DNA of 64,000 nucleotides. Source: Alloascoidea hylecoeti (taxonomy: Eukaryota). Shown here piece by piece: positions 47,442 to 58,793 of this stretch. The DNA lies in assembly GCA_001600815.1 (NCBI GenBank), contig BCKZ01000006.1, positions 745,048-809,047 of the forward strand, given 5' to 3'. The translations under genes were made by a program, and so were the position numbers. The notes under the pieces were generated by a model. That model saw only the letters and a list, made by a program, of their open reading frames with translations. It did not search any database and was not told the origin of the DNA. Numbering within the stretch: the stretch's first letter is position 1; every line of letters begins with the position of its first letter.

Positions 47442-49292
47442 TTATATTTCTATAAGCTCACCTTGGTTGGAGATAAAAAACTTTTGGCAAAATCTAATCT
47501 GAGATGTAACATTTTGAAATTTGGTTTTAGTTGACGAATTCAAAGGGCTTGTTTGACCGCTGCTTTTAAGCTTAGCGGTATTGATGGGTACCTTTGTGCT
47601 TAGTTCAATTAAATTCTTAGAAATCAACACAGATTTGGTTATTATTGACCCTTCCCAAGGATCACTGTCCAATAATTCTGGTATACATCGAAGTGCAGAT
47701 CTAATTGTTCTAAGTTTACTATATGTGGTTTTGGCGGGGTTCCATTTTCTATCTGGGTCTTCGTCTGGATCAGAAAGCATAAATGATCGTAAATATCGAT
47801 ATCTAGAAGAACCAGGCGAATACGATGATGAGTCTGATGTCGATGAAACTGATTGTCTGAAGTTAAAGTTTGTATATCCACTGATAGTTCTAGGTGGAAA
47901 TTCATAATTTGAAAATATTTCTTCGGCCATGTTGGAGGGTAAGGCTATGATGGGTTCGGGAAGAGGAAACGTTTGTGATTGTGATTTAGAATTACTTTTT
48001 AACTCATTGTATAACAGAGTAGAAGATACAGAGCCAAAATTCAGTCCATCTTCATCTTCATCATTTTCCTCTTCTTGTAATTGATCATGGTTATCCTCAT
48101 GATCATCTTCTTCAGCAGAATCATCGTTGTCGTCTGTACCATGTTGTGACAAACTATCCATTCCCTCGATGGTGTTATTAGAGTCATGAGCGCTGTTAAT
48201 CATGGTGGGCTTGGCACTTGAAGTAATAGTAGACATTATTGTGTTGGGTGATCTCATACAACTGCCCCCAGTCTCTTCTCTTTCTTGACCTGGCATATCG
48301 TCTATTACGCTTGATACATAGTTAAAAAGTGATTGATTTTGGTTGATGTGGTTTCTTCGATGTCTTCTACGTCTTCTTGAAATAGTCCTATACTTTGGCA
48401 TCTCCCGTTCTTCCAGTGGTGTAGCCAAATCAGTTGCTATACTAAGAGCGGTAAACCAGTCAATCATAGCGCTGGAGTTTACAAACTGAAATAAAAATTG
48501 CTCACCCTCCAACCTGAGTCTTAAAACGAATGCCCGTCTTCGATAATCTTTAGCTAAACCGAATTTAGCATTTTGCATCGTGTAAGAGTGTATTAAATAT
48601 TTGTTTAGCTGAACAGACATTGACTGATATGATGCTGTGTTTGATTCTATACTTGTAATAGATGACTGGGAAGATACCAACGAGGAAACCTCATCATTAT
48701 TTGATAAAGAAGAAGAGGTTGAGTCTGATCTAAATTTTGTCTTGAGAAATGATTTGCCTGATTCAATAATTGTTCCAATTTTGCCTTGTTGGTCTTTGAT
48801 GCATGTATCCTGAATATTTTTAGGTTCTGCAACTGGAGAAGTGGAAGATTCACAAGGGAAAAAAGAAGCCGTAGAATTTTGATTTGCGTTGAAGGAGTAG
48901 GAGTTGGTTGATGAGTTTAATTGATAAATATTCAGTTGTGTATTGTTTAATTCGACAAAGCACCATCCCCAACGTCGCGAAGGGACCCCAGGGCTTGAAT
49001 ACAATACAGACTCTAATTTTCTTTGAAGAACCCCTATTTTGTGTATGGAAGGAACGTATGCAGGAAGATCTTCTTTATTTTCTTCTTTCCGTGGGTAAAT
49101 AGGGTATCGTGGCGCTACAGGAGGAAGCTCTGAATATATTGGGGGATATTCAGGAATCTCTTGAAAAACGCTCCGAGCATTCTGTTTAGCAGTGTAATTA
49201 GCGTAATTTTTGAGGATCTGTTGTTCATCATCATAGGTATCTAGAACCCGATTTTTAGACTGAATTTTGGAAATCAAAGAGAAAAATGGCAT
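47442..49292 (-). CDS. PH-domain protein, YHR131C/YNL144C-like
   Basis: LPAY.PSI..G.L.RKLE, VELNNTQLNIY, YTMQNAKFGLAKDY.RR.FVLRLRLEGEQFL, LEEREMPKYRTISRRRRR. Confidence 0.75.
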   Translation of the reverse strand: MPFFSLISKIQSKNRVLDTYDDEQQILKNYANYTAKQNARSVFQEIPEYPPIYSELPPVAPRYPIYPRKEENKEDLPAYVPSIHKIGVLQRKLESVLYSSPGVPSRRWGWCFVELNNTQLNIYQLNSSTNSYSFNANQNSTASFFPCESSTSPVAEPKNIQDTCIKDQQGKIGTIIESGKSFLKTKFRSDSTSSSLSNNDEVSSLVSSQSSITSIESNTASYQSMSVQLNKYLIHSYTMQNAKFGLAKDYRRRAFVLRLRLEGEQFLFQFVNSSAMIDWFTALSIATDLATPLEEREMPKYRTISRRRRRHRRNHINQNQSLFNYVSSVIDDMPGQEREETGGSCMRSPNTIMSTITSSAKPTMINSAHDSNNTIEGMDSLSQHGTDDNDDSAEEDDHEDNHDQLQEEENDEDEDGLNFGSVSSTLLYNELKSNSKSQSQTFPLPEPIIALPSNMAEEIFSNYEFPPRTISGYTNFNFRQSVSSTSDSSSYSPGSSRYRYLRSFMLSDPDEDPDRKWNPAKTTYSKLRTIRSALRCIPELLDSDPWEGSIITKSVLISKNLIELSTKVPINTAKLKSSGQTSPLNSSTKTKFQNVTSQIRFCQKFFISNQGELIEI

Positions 49293-50162
49293 TCCAGGAA
49301 TATATATTGTTGTAAAGCTATAGAAATACTTCTAGGAAAGGTTGATCAGAATATAACTCGAGTGATAATAAATGAAATATGGCATGTGCATTAGCTTTTA
49401 AAAGCTATATGAAAAATTAAACGTAAGTCCTCTGTTTTTTGCTTTGTATTATACCTTAATCGAATCAAGTACTAGGATGATTGTATAGATAAACAAAGCG
49501 ATAAACTAAGAGTGTTTCAAAGGTTTGATCTGTGTATTCCTTATCCCTATAATTAGTCACTATTGCAATAGACTAAATGTTTTTCCGGCAATTATTAAAC
49601 TATATCTAAGTTTTGCCAAGTATCGAAAATTCCCACCCCAGATTTCAGACGATACGACAGCTATAGATTCCGACGTAATAGTAATACAACAAAAGAGGTT
49701 GCCCTTTTTATATATATCGCTGGGAATAAAAGAAAATTTATAAAAAAGTTATAAGAAGAAATTAAGGAGTAGATTATTATATTAAATATTAATATTAGAT
49801 CACACACGACTATTGCAATTTAGGTTTCCATGTCATGAATTATATAATCGATATATAATACTTATATGATATTGCAATTGTGCCGATGAACCCTCATCGA
49901 TCTCACTAGTTACAGAATCTGTTTGCACCAAACGATATACACAGTCCAGCTTGCTATTACTTTGAAGTTGCGAACCAGTTTAGCTAAGGGCCCACTATTT
50001 GATTGCGGGGTGTTGGTTCTATTTGCCAAAATCTCATATCCCTATTAAATTATGTAAGTAGCATTATTTAACTCTCCCGATTATGCCGCGTAGTTTTTGG
50101 TGGTGACGGTCCGCTTAACTTTATTAATCTCGGGGTCGGCATGCACAAAAAATTATAATCTC

Positions 50163-51938
50163 TTAAATAGCTTTTAAATTTACTTCCCCCATTTCTTCAC
50201 ACCAAATTCTATCAATTTTGTCTTGGATGGTCTCCCTTAATAAACTTTGAGGATTTACCCCAAATTTACTTAAATTTATACAATTTTGGTTGAAAATCCT
50301 ATAATTCTTCTCTAATAATTGTTTAGCTTTATCATCAGGTGACCACTCTTTTCTAGTTTTGTCAATATCTGCTCTATGGAGTAATAGTTTGCACTGAGAA
50401 GTAATTACCGATGATGTTGCAGTATCTTTGGGTAACTTAGAGCTTGCGTTAGAAAGGTATTTAGAAGCAAGAGAATAAATTTTCCAACAATCCTCCTTAG
50501 TAATTTGCGGTTCAAAAATAGTGAGTTGCTTTTCATAGAATTCAATGACACAATCCGAGGCAGCAGAATATCTCTCAACACAATCATCCGAGATATTAAT
50601 TTTCTGAAAAGGTTGACTGTTATCACCTGTTGCAATTGGAATGACAAGTTGTGACCAAATCATTTCAATATCAGATAAACTAGTAGCCTGTGTTGAAAAA
50701 TACTTTAATATCTCTATGGATGCTGAGTTGATGTCCGATTGTGATAGTAACGGGATGCCTACAGCGTCAAGATCACAATTACAATCACAGTCTTTATTGT
50801 AACTGTCCAAATTTAAAGATTCGGTAGGATACTCCTTCTGAAGTTGAATGATGTGGTTTATAATGATTCGAGATTTGTCACCGATGAGTGTAATGATTAT
50901 ACCAAGATCCTGTTCATCTGTCGCAGATTCAATCCAAGTGTTTATACAACCTAATGAACTGGTTAAAGTCTCTAATAAAGTACTTGGAATGACAGTATCA
51001 GATTGTGCCGCTTCAACTTCATCATTTTCTTCCCCTTCATTATTTCCCGTACTAAATTGATTATTATCATTTTCACCATTCGAATTATTCATTTCATTCA
51101 CGAATTTAAGCAGTTCAGTTATCTGTATCCCTAGAACATTTCCAAATGATGTCAAAGCATTTTTAAATGATTCATTCTTCAAATTCGTACTTTCATCGTT
51201 AGAATCTTCTTCTTTTTGTGCCAGTTCCATTAAAACAAGACTATCATTAAACCCAAAATCCCAGCCATTCTTATACCCAGTCATTACAAATAATTCACGT
51301 ATATAACCATACAACGCTGCAACATTATCAATACTTTTAAGTACTAGAGAATCTTGATCATGAACACCACTTTGTCGAGTTCCCAGTGTTGTTTCAAAGG
51401 TTAAATTTCCAATGATGTTATCGCGAACCTGTGTGTCATATTTATTGTCCAAATCAATGAGCTTTGCTTTATAAAGATATTGAAATTTGATCTTCTCCAA
51501 GGTAAATTGAAAATTTGTATACACATAAAACACCAGTCTTGACAAATTATAGCATAAATCATTTAGAACATTTAAGTCATAATTCTTGAGTTTTCCGCTA
51601 TTCGTGATTAGATATAGGTTATCAAAAAGGGATTTAAGAGAACTAGAACCAGTACTACCAAAACATTGGAGTCCTTTAACATAACCCTCATAAGCCTTTG
51701 AATAAAATCTTAGTGATTTAGAGAGATCTGATCCAAACCATCTATCACCCGATTCCTCATCGTTTATTGCATCTTCTAGAAAATCTTTTGGAGTGGTGGG
51801 AGTTTTAATTGCTGCTTTCTTTTGGTTTCTGTTCAGGGTTTTCAGCGCCTTCAAATTCAGTTCTAGTGCTCAATGGTTAGTATTGCCAATGTATTTTGTT
51901 TTCTATCAAATCTTCAAACTCTCACTTTTTGTGCTCAT
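50163..51938 (-). CDS. Conserved fungal protein, YNL193W-like; exons 51938-51926, 51862-50163
   Basis: 13-nt exon ATGAGCACAAAAA, then a 63-nt intron GTGAGA..TACTAAC..TAG, gives MSTKKLNLKAL.. in frame. N-terminal DFLEDAINDEESGDRWFGSDLSKSLRFY motif. Confidence 0.65.
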
Positions 51939-52073
51939 ATTAATTGGGTTGAATTTAAAAGAAAATTAGTAATTATTAAATTTGGGGATTGAAAATCATG
52001 TGACCTATAAAATACCAATTGGGCTATAATAATACACATAACAATTAAGAATAAATTAAATATATAACATAAA

Positions 52074-52979
52074 TTATAGCTTCGAATCCTGAAAAACACT
52101 TTGGGGATTTTGTAAGAATTTTAGGAGGTCTCCGAAGATTTGTTTTCTATATTCTTCTGTTTCCTTATATAACACGTGATAAGCGCCAGAATACTCCAAC
52201 AGCTTAACATTTTTGAAGCCATGTTCAATGAACAAACGGGATCCTTTGATGTCATTGATCTCATCGCCCGTACCATGTTGAATTAGAACCGGCAATGATT
52301 TCTCAATACTCTTGGAATATTCATAATCCAACAACTTTACCCCGCGTCTAATCATATGGTGCATTTGCCTGAAGGTACAGATCATTGGAGAGAGCTTATC
52401 CTCAGCAAGTTGTTTTTGGAACACTTTATCGTGTGAAGCTTTTGTAACGTCAAGGCCCGTATAAACATGGATCCTGGGAACGACTGCAGATAGTACTGGC
52501 AGGATCATTCGGGCTGCAATGTTAGGACTAGTATATGGGTGTAAGAGAATCTCTGGAGCACAGGCAATAACACCAGTAAGTTCTTTCTTATGGGTCCCCA
52601 TAACAGCGTAGTTGAGTACTATCCCACCTCCCATCGAATGACCAAGAAGGAATAGTTTACCAGTGAAATCACTTTGTGTGATCAAGCGGTTGATAAAGAA
52701 ATCCAAATCATCAAAAGTGTGAAAGTCATCCGTGACAGCAATTGATTTCCCAAGAGATGTATTACCAAATCCACGTTGGTCATATATGAAGAAATTATAT
52801 CCTTTTGGACAGAAATATTCAGCGAGTGAATCGTAGTTGCTAAGATGCTCTGAAAAGCCGTATACAAACAGGAGATTTCCTATTGGTGTTATTCCAGCCG
52901 GAGGGGACCAAGAGCGGGTGTGAAATGATGCACCGTTGTATTCAACAACACTGTTGGTTGCAATTGGCGCGTCTTCCAT
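52074..52979 (-). CDS. YJU3: Monoglyceride lipase / alpha-beta hydrolase
   Basis: FVYGFSEH, YDQRGFG, nucleophile GHSMGG, HGTGDEIND, GAYHVL. Confidence 0.82.
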   Translation of the reverse strand: MEDAPIATNSVVEYNGASFHTRSWSPPAGITPIGNLLFVYGFSEHLSNYDSLAEYFCPKGYNFFIYDQRGFGNTSLGKSIAVTDDFHTFDDLDFFINRLITQSDFTGKLFLLGHSMGGGIVLNYAVMGTHKKELTGVIACAPEILLHPYTSPNIAARMILPVLSAVVPRIHVYTGLDVTKASHDKVFQKQLAEDKLSPMICTFRQMHHMIRRGVKLLDYEYSKSIEKSLPVLIQHGTGDEINDIKGSRLFIEHGFKNVKLLEYSGAYHVLYKETEEYRKQIFGDLLKFLQNPQSVFQDSKL

Positions 52980-53101
52980 TATTATTGTCTGAAGGTTGGA
53001 GAATCAGCAGAAGAAAAGGTCACAATTCGGGTAATTATAATGCAGCCCAACACCCTTTAACCACCATCCATATAATATACACCATTTTTTAGATAAATAC
53101 C

Positions 53102-54241
53102 ATGGGAGCGAGAATAGTTCCTCCTCAAGTGGTCCACATCAAAAGAAAAAGAAATCAAGATCCATTACAGGCGCTTATATTTGAGGAATCACGACGGCAC
53201 AAGAAATCAAAAAATGATTCTTATGGTATGTTCTAATCTAGACCACTTTGATCCTAAACTAATTTAATCGTCCTAGTCTTTACTTTTGCTCGCACCATCA
53301 ATTCACACGAATCCCTAGATAAAGAAACAAGTATTCTAAGAGAAAATGCAAGCCAAAGCAGAAAGAGAAAAAGTTCTGATCTGCTAGAAGCTAATAAGAG
53401 AAATATAAAAGATGGTAATAAGAAGATTTTTTACTTGCCTAAACAAAAAAGACAGGAGAAAGAGAAAGTCAATGTTCAAATCCCTGATGCCTTAAATGAG
53501 ATGGTACAATCATATTTACAACAAAATGAAATGGAAAAAGATGGTGGTGATAATAATAACATGGAAACAAAGCAGATAAAGACACCAATACGACATAAAA
53601 CTAAGCATGTTAAGATCATACCACCAAAAGAGGGTACATCGGATGATACTATAAAAACTGTGGATATTAATCGTGATAATATTTCTCTTAAAAATGATAT
53701 TGATGACATTTCAATGGGAGATGATAACGATGACTACGTTTATGATGTGTATTTTCAAGATCGTTCATCGGAGGTAAATGATTGGAAATCAGCAAATATT
53801 GGTTTGATCAAGTTAGATGAAGATGATGAAGCACTATTATCAAATGAAAGTGATATAGATAGTGTAGTAGCCACCGATGATGAAGACTCAAATGCTGAGG
53901 ATTTTTACAAAAATGACTATCCTGATGAAGAAGAAGAAGATGATGATAGATCAATTATAGGAAGCGATGATGAATTATTTGATGAACTGGACAGTCAAAT
54001 GGGGAAACTACAAGTAGCTGATGATCAAGAGGATGGTTATAGTTCTGGAGCAGTTGCTAGTGATGATGAAGATGATGTATATGTGATTAAGAATGATAGC
54101 AGACGATTTAGTACTCAAGACTATCTACGTAACAATGGAAATTTAAATCTTGAAGAAGGTGAACTCACTTCTAAATCTGCTTACCAATATTTGTATGGAG
54201 ATGATTATGATGATATTGACGATGAGATGCATAGGTGGTGA
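53102..54241 (+). CDS. IWR1: RNA polymerase II nuclear import factor Iwr1; exons 53102-53225, 53277-54241
   Basis: PPQVVHIKRKRNQDPLQALIFE, 51-nt intron GTATGT..ACTAAT..TAG, DYVYDVY, DDEDSNAEDFYKNDYPDEE. Confidence 0.88.
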
Positions 54242-54394
54242 CTCTGGTGAGATATATATTCATAATCTTGATTTTGCATTATATTCTCTTCATCCAATAA
54301 AAATATAGTTTAATACGTCTAAATACAACAGTTATAATAGAATATATCTAGATTCAGAGTTTTGATCATCTATAAGTTTTTATATAGATTAAAT

Positions 54395-56195
54395 TCATTC
54401 TACTTCACTTTCAATTAAAGCAAATAATGCACTCAAAACTCGTTTTGCATCCACAGATAAACCACCATGGAAAAATTCACTTGTAATCCATCTTCTAATG
54501 CCTCCGATTTTATAAGCAGCTTCAGCTGTTAAATTGAAATCAACAAATAAATCTTCCGCATATGTCGCGGCCACTACAGGGACAACAATTTGGTCCTCTG
54601 TATTTGCCCCATAATGTCTATTAGTTAGTTTTTTCAATACATTGACATCATAAAGAGGTGACCATAAGTCATTTTGTGCAATGTACTCAGCAACTTCTTT
54701 GAAAGGGCGTAGTTCAGTGAAATCATCAAACATCGATTTGAATATCATCTCTCCAGTTAGATAAACGGCCTCACCACCATCAGCTGCTGAATTAGTTTTT
54801 AAATCATAGTTAAAGCACTTTAAGCTTTCTTCAGTTTTTCTCAGTCTATCGGCAGACCAATTACTCTTCATATGACCTTCACAATAAATAGCCTCATGTA
54901 AAACAGCATATATTATATTTGTATCAAAGCTTGATTGTTGGGTAATTTTGTTTAAAATATAGAAACTTGGCACTCCATACACATCTAAATCATAAACAAA
55001 TCTGATAACAATTTGATGGATTATATCAATTCCTCCTTGTCTTCCAAATTCAATACCGAGTTGCTGAAATCTTTCAACTGATAATATACCTCCATTTGGA
55101 AGTGTAACTTTATTGGTTGCCAAATATTTCAGAATCTTCTTGATTCTTGAAATATCTTCAGGAAACTTATCATAAAATCGCTGATTTCTTTCTTTAGTCC
55201 TAGCATAAGTTGAATGATAAACATCATCTGGGTGCTTTAATAATGGAGGTATACCACCTGTAATTAGAACATTCTTTAATGATTTAGGACTTTTAATAAC
55301 ATAAAGTTAGTTGGGGAGAAATTTTGGTTTTTAATATTATGAACATACAAAAATGAGAGATAGGTGACCGAACAGAAACCTCCAAATGATTGCCCTAACA
55401 GTGACCAACGTTTATCTTTAGCCTTCACCAGCAATGCTTTTCTGATTTCCTCACAGTCCCGAACTAAATTTATTTATTTTTGTTAACGTCAACTCGCAAA
55501 AAAAGAGAACTAAGGTGGAATTAAGCAATTAAATACTAACCAATATTATCTGCTCTAAATTTTAACAAATATTCAGCCTGTTCCTTAACAGTTTCTAAAT
55601 TTATTGAGTAATTATTGTTAGATGTAAGATAGCAGATCAGTAGAATTCAGTGCATACTAAATTTTTTAAGAGTTGACGCTTCAATGATGGTGCTTAAACC
55701 AGTCCCGCGTTGATCAAGGTAAAATACCTGAAAATTTCTTTCAATGAGTTCCTTTGTGCGCATAGAAGTCGCGAGTATAGGAGGACCTAAAACAATACGA
55801 TTAGTTTGAAATCAATATTAAATGTGATATATATTAATCGAAAACTTACATTCAAACCCAGGACCTCCTTGGAGATAAGTAATGATATCTAGACATTAAA
55901 GAGTGTTAATTTCTGTAAGCTTTTAACAGGAAATCATAATTACATACCTGGTTCCTCTGATTTGTCCGTAGTTTTTTTAACAAGCATTCCGGAAACAGTA
56001 ATAGTTTCTCCATCTGGTTTGTCATAATCCAATGGAAGCTTGAATTGGAGGATGGATACCGAGAGATCTGCAACCATATCAGTTAAAACAATTGTAGTCA
56101 TATATAAAAGTTCAGCTTTATTTCGTACCTTTAATACGATAAGAGTCCAATATTTTATACTGAGTTTCCTCTTTTTCAATAATTGATGTTGACAT
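54395..56195 (-). CDS. Prolyl aminopeptidase (proline iminopeptidase, S33); 7 exons
   Basis: Introns 56128-56068, 55947-55889, 55849-55787, 55657-55595, 55540-55464 and 55348-55290 restore YLQGGPGFEC, LDQRGTGLS, FRADNIVRDCE, WSLLGQSFGGF, ITGGIPP, RFQQLG, YAVLHEAIY, TGEMIF, H.GL. An in-frame upstream ATG lies at 56420. Confidence 0.9.
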
Positions 56196-56633
56196 TGTTC
56201 TTTTTGATATTATATGACTCAATATTTTTTTTTGTTGATTGATCTGTAAAAAAGGACAGTTGATGGGCTTGATGACAAATTTTTTGTACGCGTCAGTATC
56301 TGAAGTCGATTTATTTAAATAGCAGCTATGATATCGATGATTTGATATCAATGGTATATAAAGTGTTTTATTTACGGTGTTTGGCAATTGTGGCGTCTTA
56401 GACTTTAAAAAACTGAGCATCTAGGATCTTGGGCTAAAAGAGTTTAAATATAAAGACAATGTATTTGTGTGCAGCTCGAGAAATTTATAATTATAATTAC
56501 GTAACATATAATATTACTTCATGGGAATTTCATACAAGCTTAAAGTTGTAAGATCATCGGGAATAGTTGAATGATCTAGTGATTTAATGATTCTATTAAA
56601 TAGTTGATTTTTCTACTAATGGCACTGGTGCCG

Positions 56634-56842
56634 TGTTTAATGGGATGGGAATACAAATGGTACATGACAAGGAACTTCCATTAAAATACCCCATTAAACA
56701 GATAAATGTGTTAACCATGTAAGGCTTATACACCAGGAGAGTAAGAAAAGTGGTGTAATTAGCTTATATGGGTGGGGTGCCCCCTCATCTCCTTCCTTTA
56801 ATCATGGGTTATCAATCATCTAGTTTTTAGCACAAAACATAC
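56634..56842 (+). ncRNA. Candidate hairpin-hinge-hairpin-ACA (H/ACA-like) RNA
   Basis: 11-bp stem 56634-56644/56690-56700, AGATAA (ANANNA) hinge, second stem set, ACA at 56837-56839. No target identified. Confidence 0.3.
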
Positions 56843-57085
56843 TTAGCAGTACTTAGAGGACTTGAATTATATTAACTAATTATACCTATAAAAAAATATA
56901 GAGACAAAAAGAACATTTAAAATAACAGTAGGCAAAAATTGTTTAAAAAAATCTAATAGTTTTTTTGCTAAAGAATAAATACTTTCCTTAGTAATAAATA
57001 AAATAAATAATGTACTCAATACTTGCAATTGAGCAGAGGTCTTTGAGTGAATTCTTCCATAACGTTGTTGCAATTATAATTAGCT

Positions 57086-57343
57086 TTATGAAGTCTTTTT
57101 AGGAGCTGGTCCTCTTAAAATAAGAGTCGGTGCGACATATGGAAGTTGTGTATCAGCATGATTTGTTTGTCCAGGTGCAGCAAGTCTAAAACCAGTATTT
57201 TTTGGTGTAGATGATTTTGACGTCTGTGTCGATGAAGCACTAGATGTTGATGTCGTACTAATATAACTAGCGGTAGAACCACTGCGACTCATATTGGGGG
57301 ATTCCAAAATTTTGTTTGTGTTTTCAGCGTCGAACGAAACCAT
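57086..57343 (-). CDS. Small Ser/Thr-rich hypothetical protein (85 aa; alternative ATG 57397)
   Basis: ACAAAA-ATG context, higher GC than the flanks, upstream CACGTGG at 57564. No family recognised. Confidence 0.45.
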   Translation of the reverse strand: MVSFDAENTNKILESPNMSRSGSTASYISTTSTSSASSTQTSKSSTPKNTGFRLAAPGQTNHADTQLPYVAPTLILRGPAPKKTS

Positions 57344-58494
57344 TTTTGTATGTCTGTAAAAAAATTTTCTAACAAAGTGAAAAATGGGTATTCTCATACT
57401 TAAATACCAATAATATTAATATAAGGTTTGATGAAAAAAAAAAGTATCCTCTTGTATTCCATATTTAAGTTTAGCGTGTAAACCTTAATGTGACATTTTT
57501 TAGGGTCTATTTCCGGCATATAAGCACAACTAAACGTGTCTACCGGATCAGGGAGGGTGCACGCACGTGGGAAGTAAACGTGGATAAAATTTCATCTCAC
57601 TTAATATAAGACATTACACTGTAAGAATGGATTCTAACAATTGCAATATGAATGGATTCTTCTAGTTGCAATTGGGTATTCTTTGATATGCCAATCGCCA
57701 TTCTTCTAGATTAATCTTGGTATCACCCTTTGTATATCTCCTTGTAGCTACCTTCTATTGTTCATATATATGGGCCTATACATGAATGATATATTACTAA
57801 TGTTCTTAGGCCGATATCAATACTAACACTTTAGAATCTAACAGGTACCGGTGGTGGAGTGGAGCACAATTTTTTAAAGTCAGAGTTGCCGAATTGATGT
57901 TGTGTCATACAGCTTCAACACAAACTTTATTATGATACTCTTTTTTTAAATATATCTATGTAGAAAAATGTTACAATTCTGATTCCTGCAGATTACTTTT
58001 GACTCCTTTTCTATTGAAACTTCCCTTTTCTTTTAACCTGTAATGGTCCTGCATAAAACTATTTAGTGTTATACATTTTATATACATAACAAAAGAATGA
58101 CAAGTATAAAAATTACACGTAAATATCCTACTTCCCATAGATGAGCATTCAAATTCCAACAAAATTTAAAGAAATTTAACATTTGGAAATACTATGAAAT
58201 TAAAGCACAGTTGAATTTATATATATAATCATAAATCCAATAGTGTATTTAATATAAATAATGAGTATAAGGTAAAATAAAAATAAACATAAAATAAAAA
58301 TCTGAGATAGAACAAGGATCTCCCCGCTTATTTTGGCCTGCGAACAGGAAGTAAAAACATCTGATGCTACTTTTGATATGGCAATTGGGTAATATTAATG
58401 TAGCGTCAAAGTTACTGTTATGATCATGATAGTGTGCTATCGAAGTATCGAAGTGTCGATGTCGAAATAAGTGCAATATTAATATTGCTAATTA

Positions 58495-58793
58495 AAGGGT
58501 TCACATCTACGGACGCCTCCACGCTGCCATTTTGGGTGACGTAACTCGACGATTTATTTGACTTATATAACAATATTACCTATATAATGACTAGATATTT
58601 ACCAAAATATATAACAGTTACTTACCCTTTCCCTTGGCGACTTTTTCAGTTAAAAGGGAGCCGAATATCTGGTGTATATAGCCTGGTCATAAGTATTCAA
58701 AAGAATGGCCAAATGTTAGTGCATGAATTTGCACCTTATGTGGGCGAAATGGCAGCCCTTTGGCAAAGTGGAGGCGTCCGTAGATAAACCCTA
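58495..58793. mobile_element. ~299-bp MITE-like element, possible PIF/Harbinger type
   Basis: Perfect 18-bp IR ATCTACGGACGCCTCCAC (58505-58522 / 58768-58785), AGGGTT/AACCCT near the termini, TTA on both flanks (58492-58494, 58794-58796). Confidence 0.65.

Noticed and set aside
49880..50150. GC-richer block bounded by TGCCGA/TCGGCA as an ncRNA (SRP, RNase P/MRP)
   Set aside because: Only a 6-bp IR, and none of the diagnostic conserved motifs were seen.
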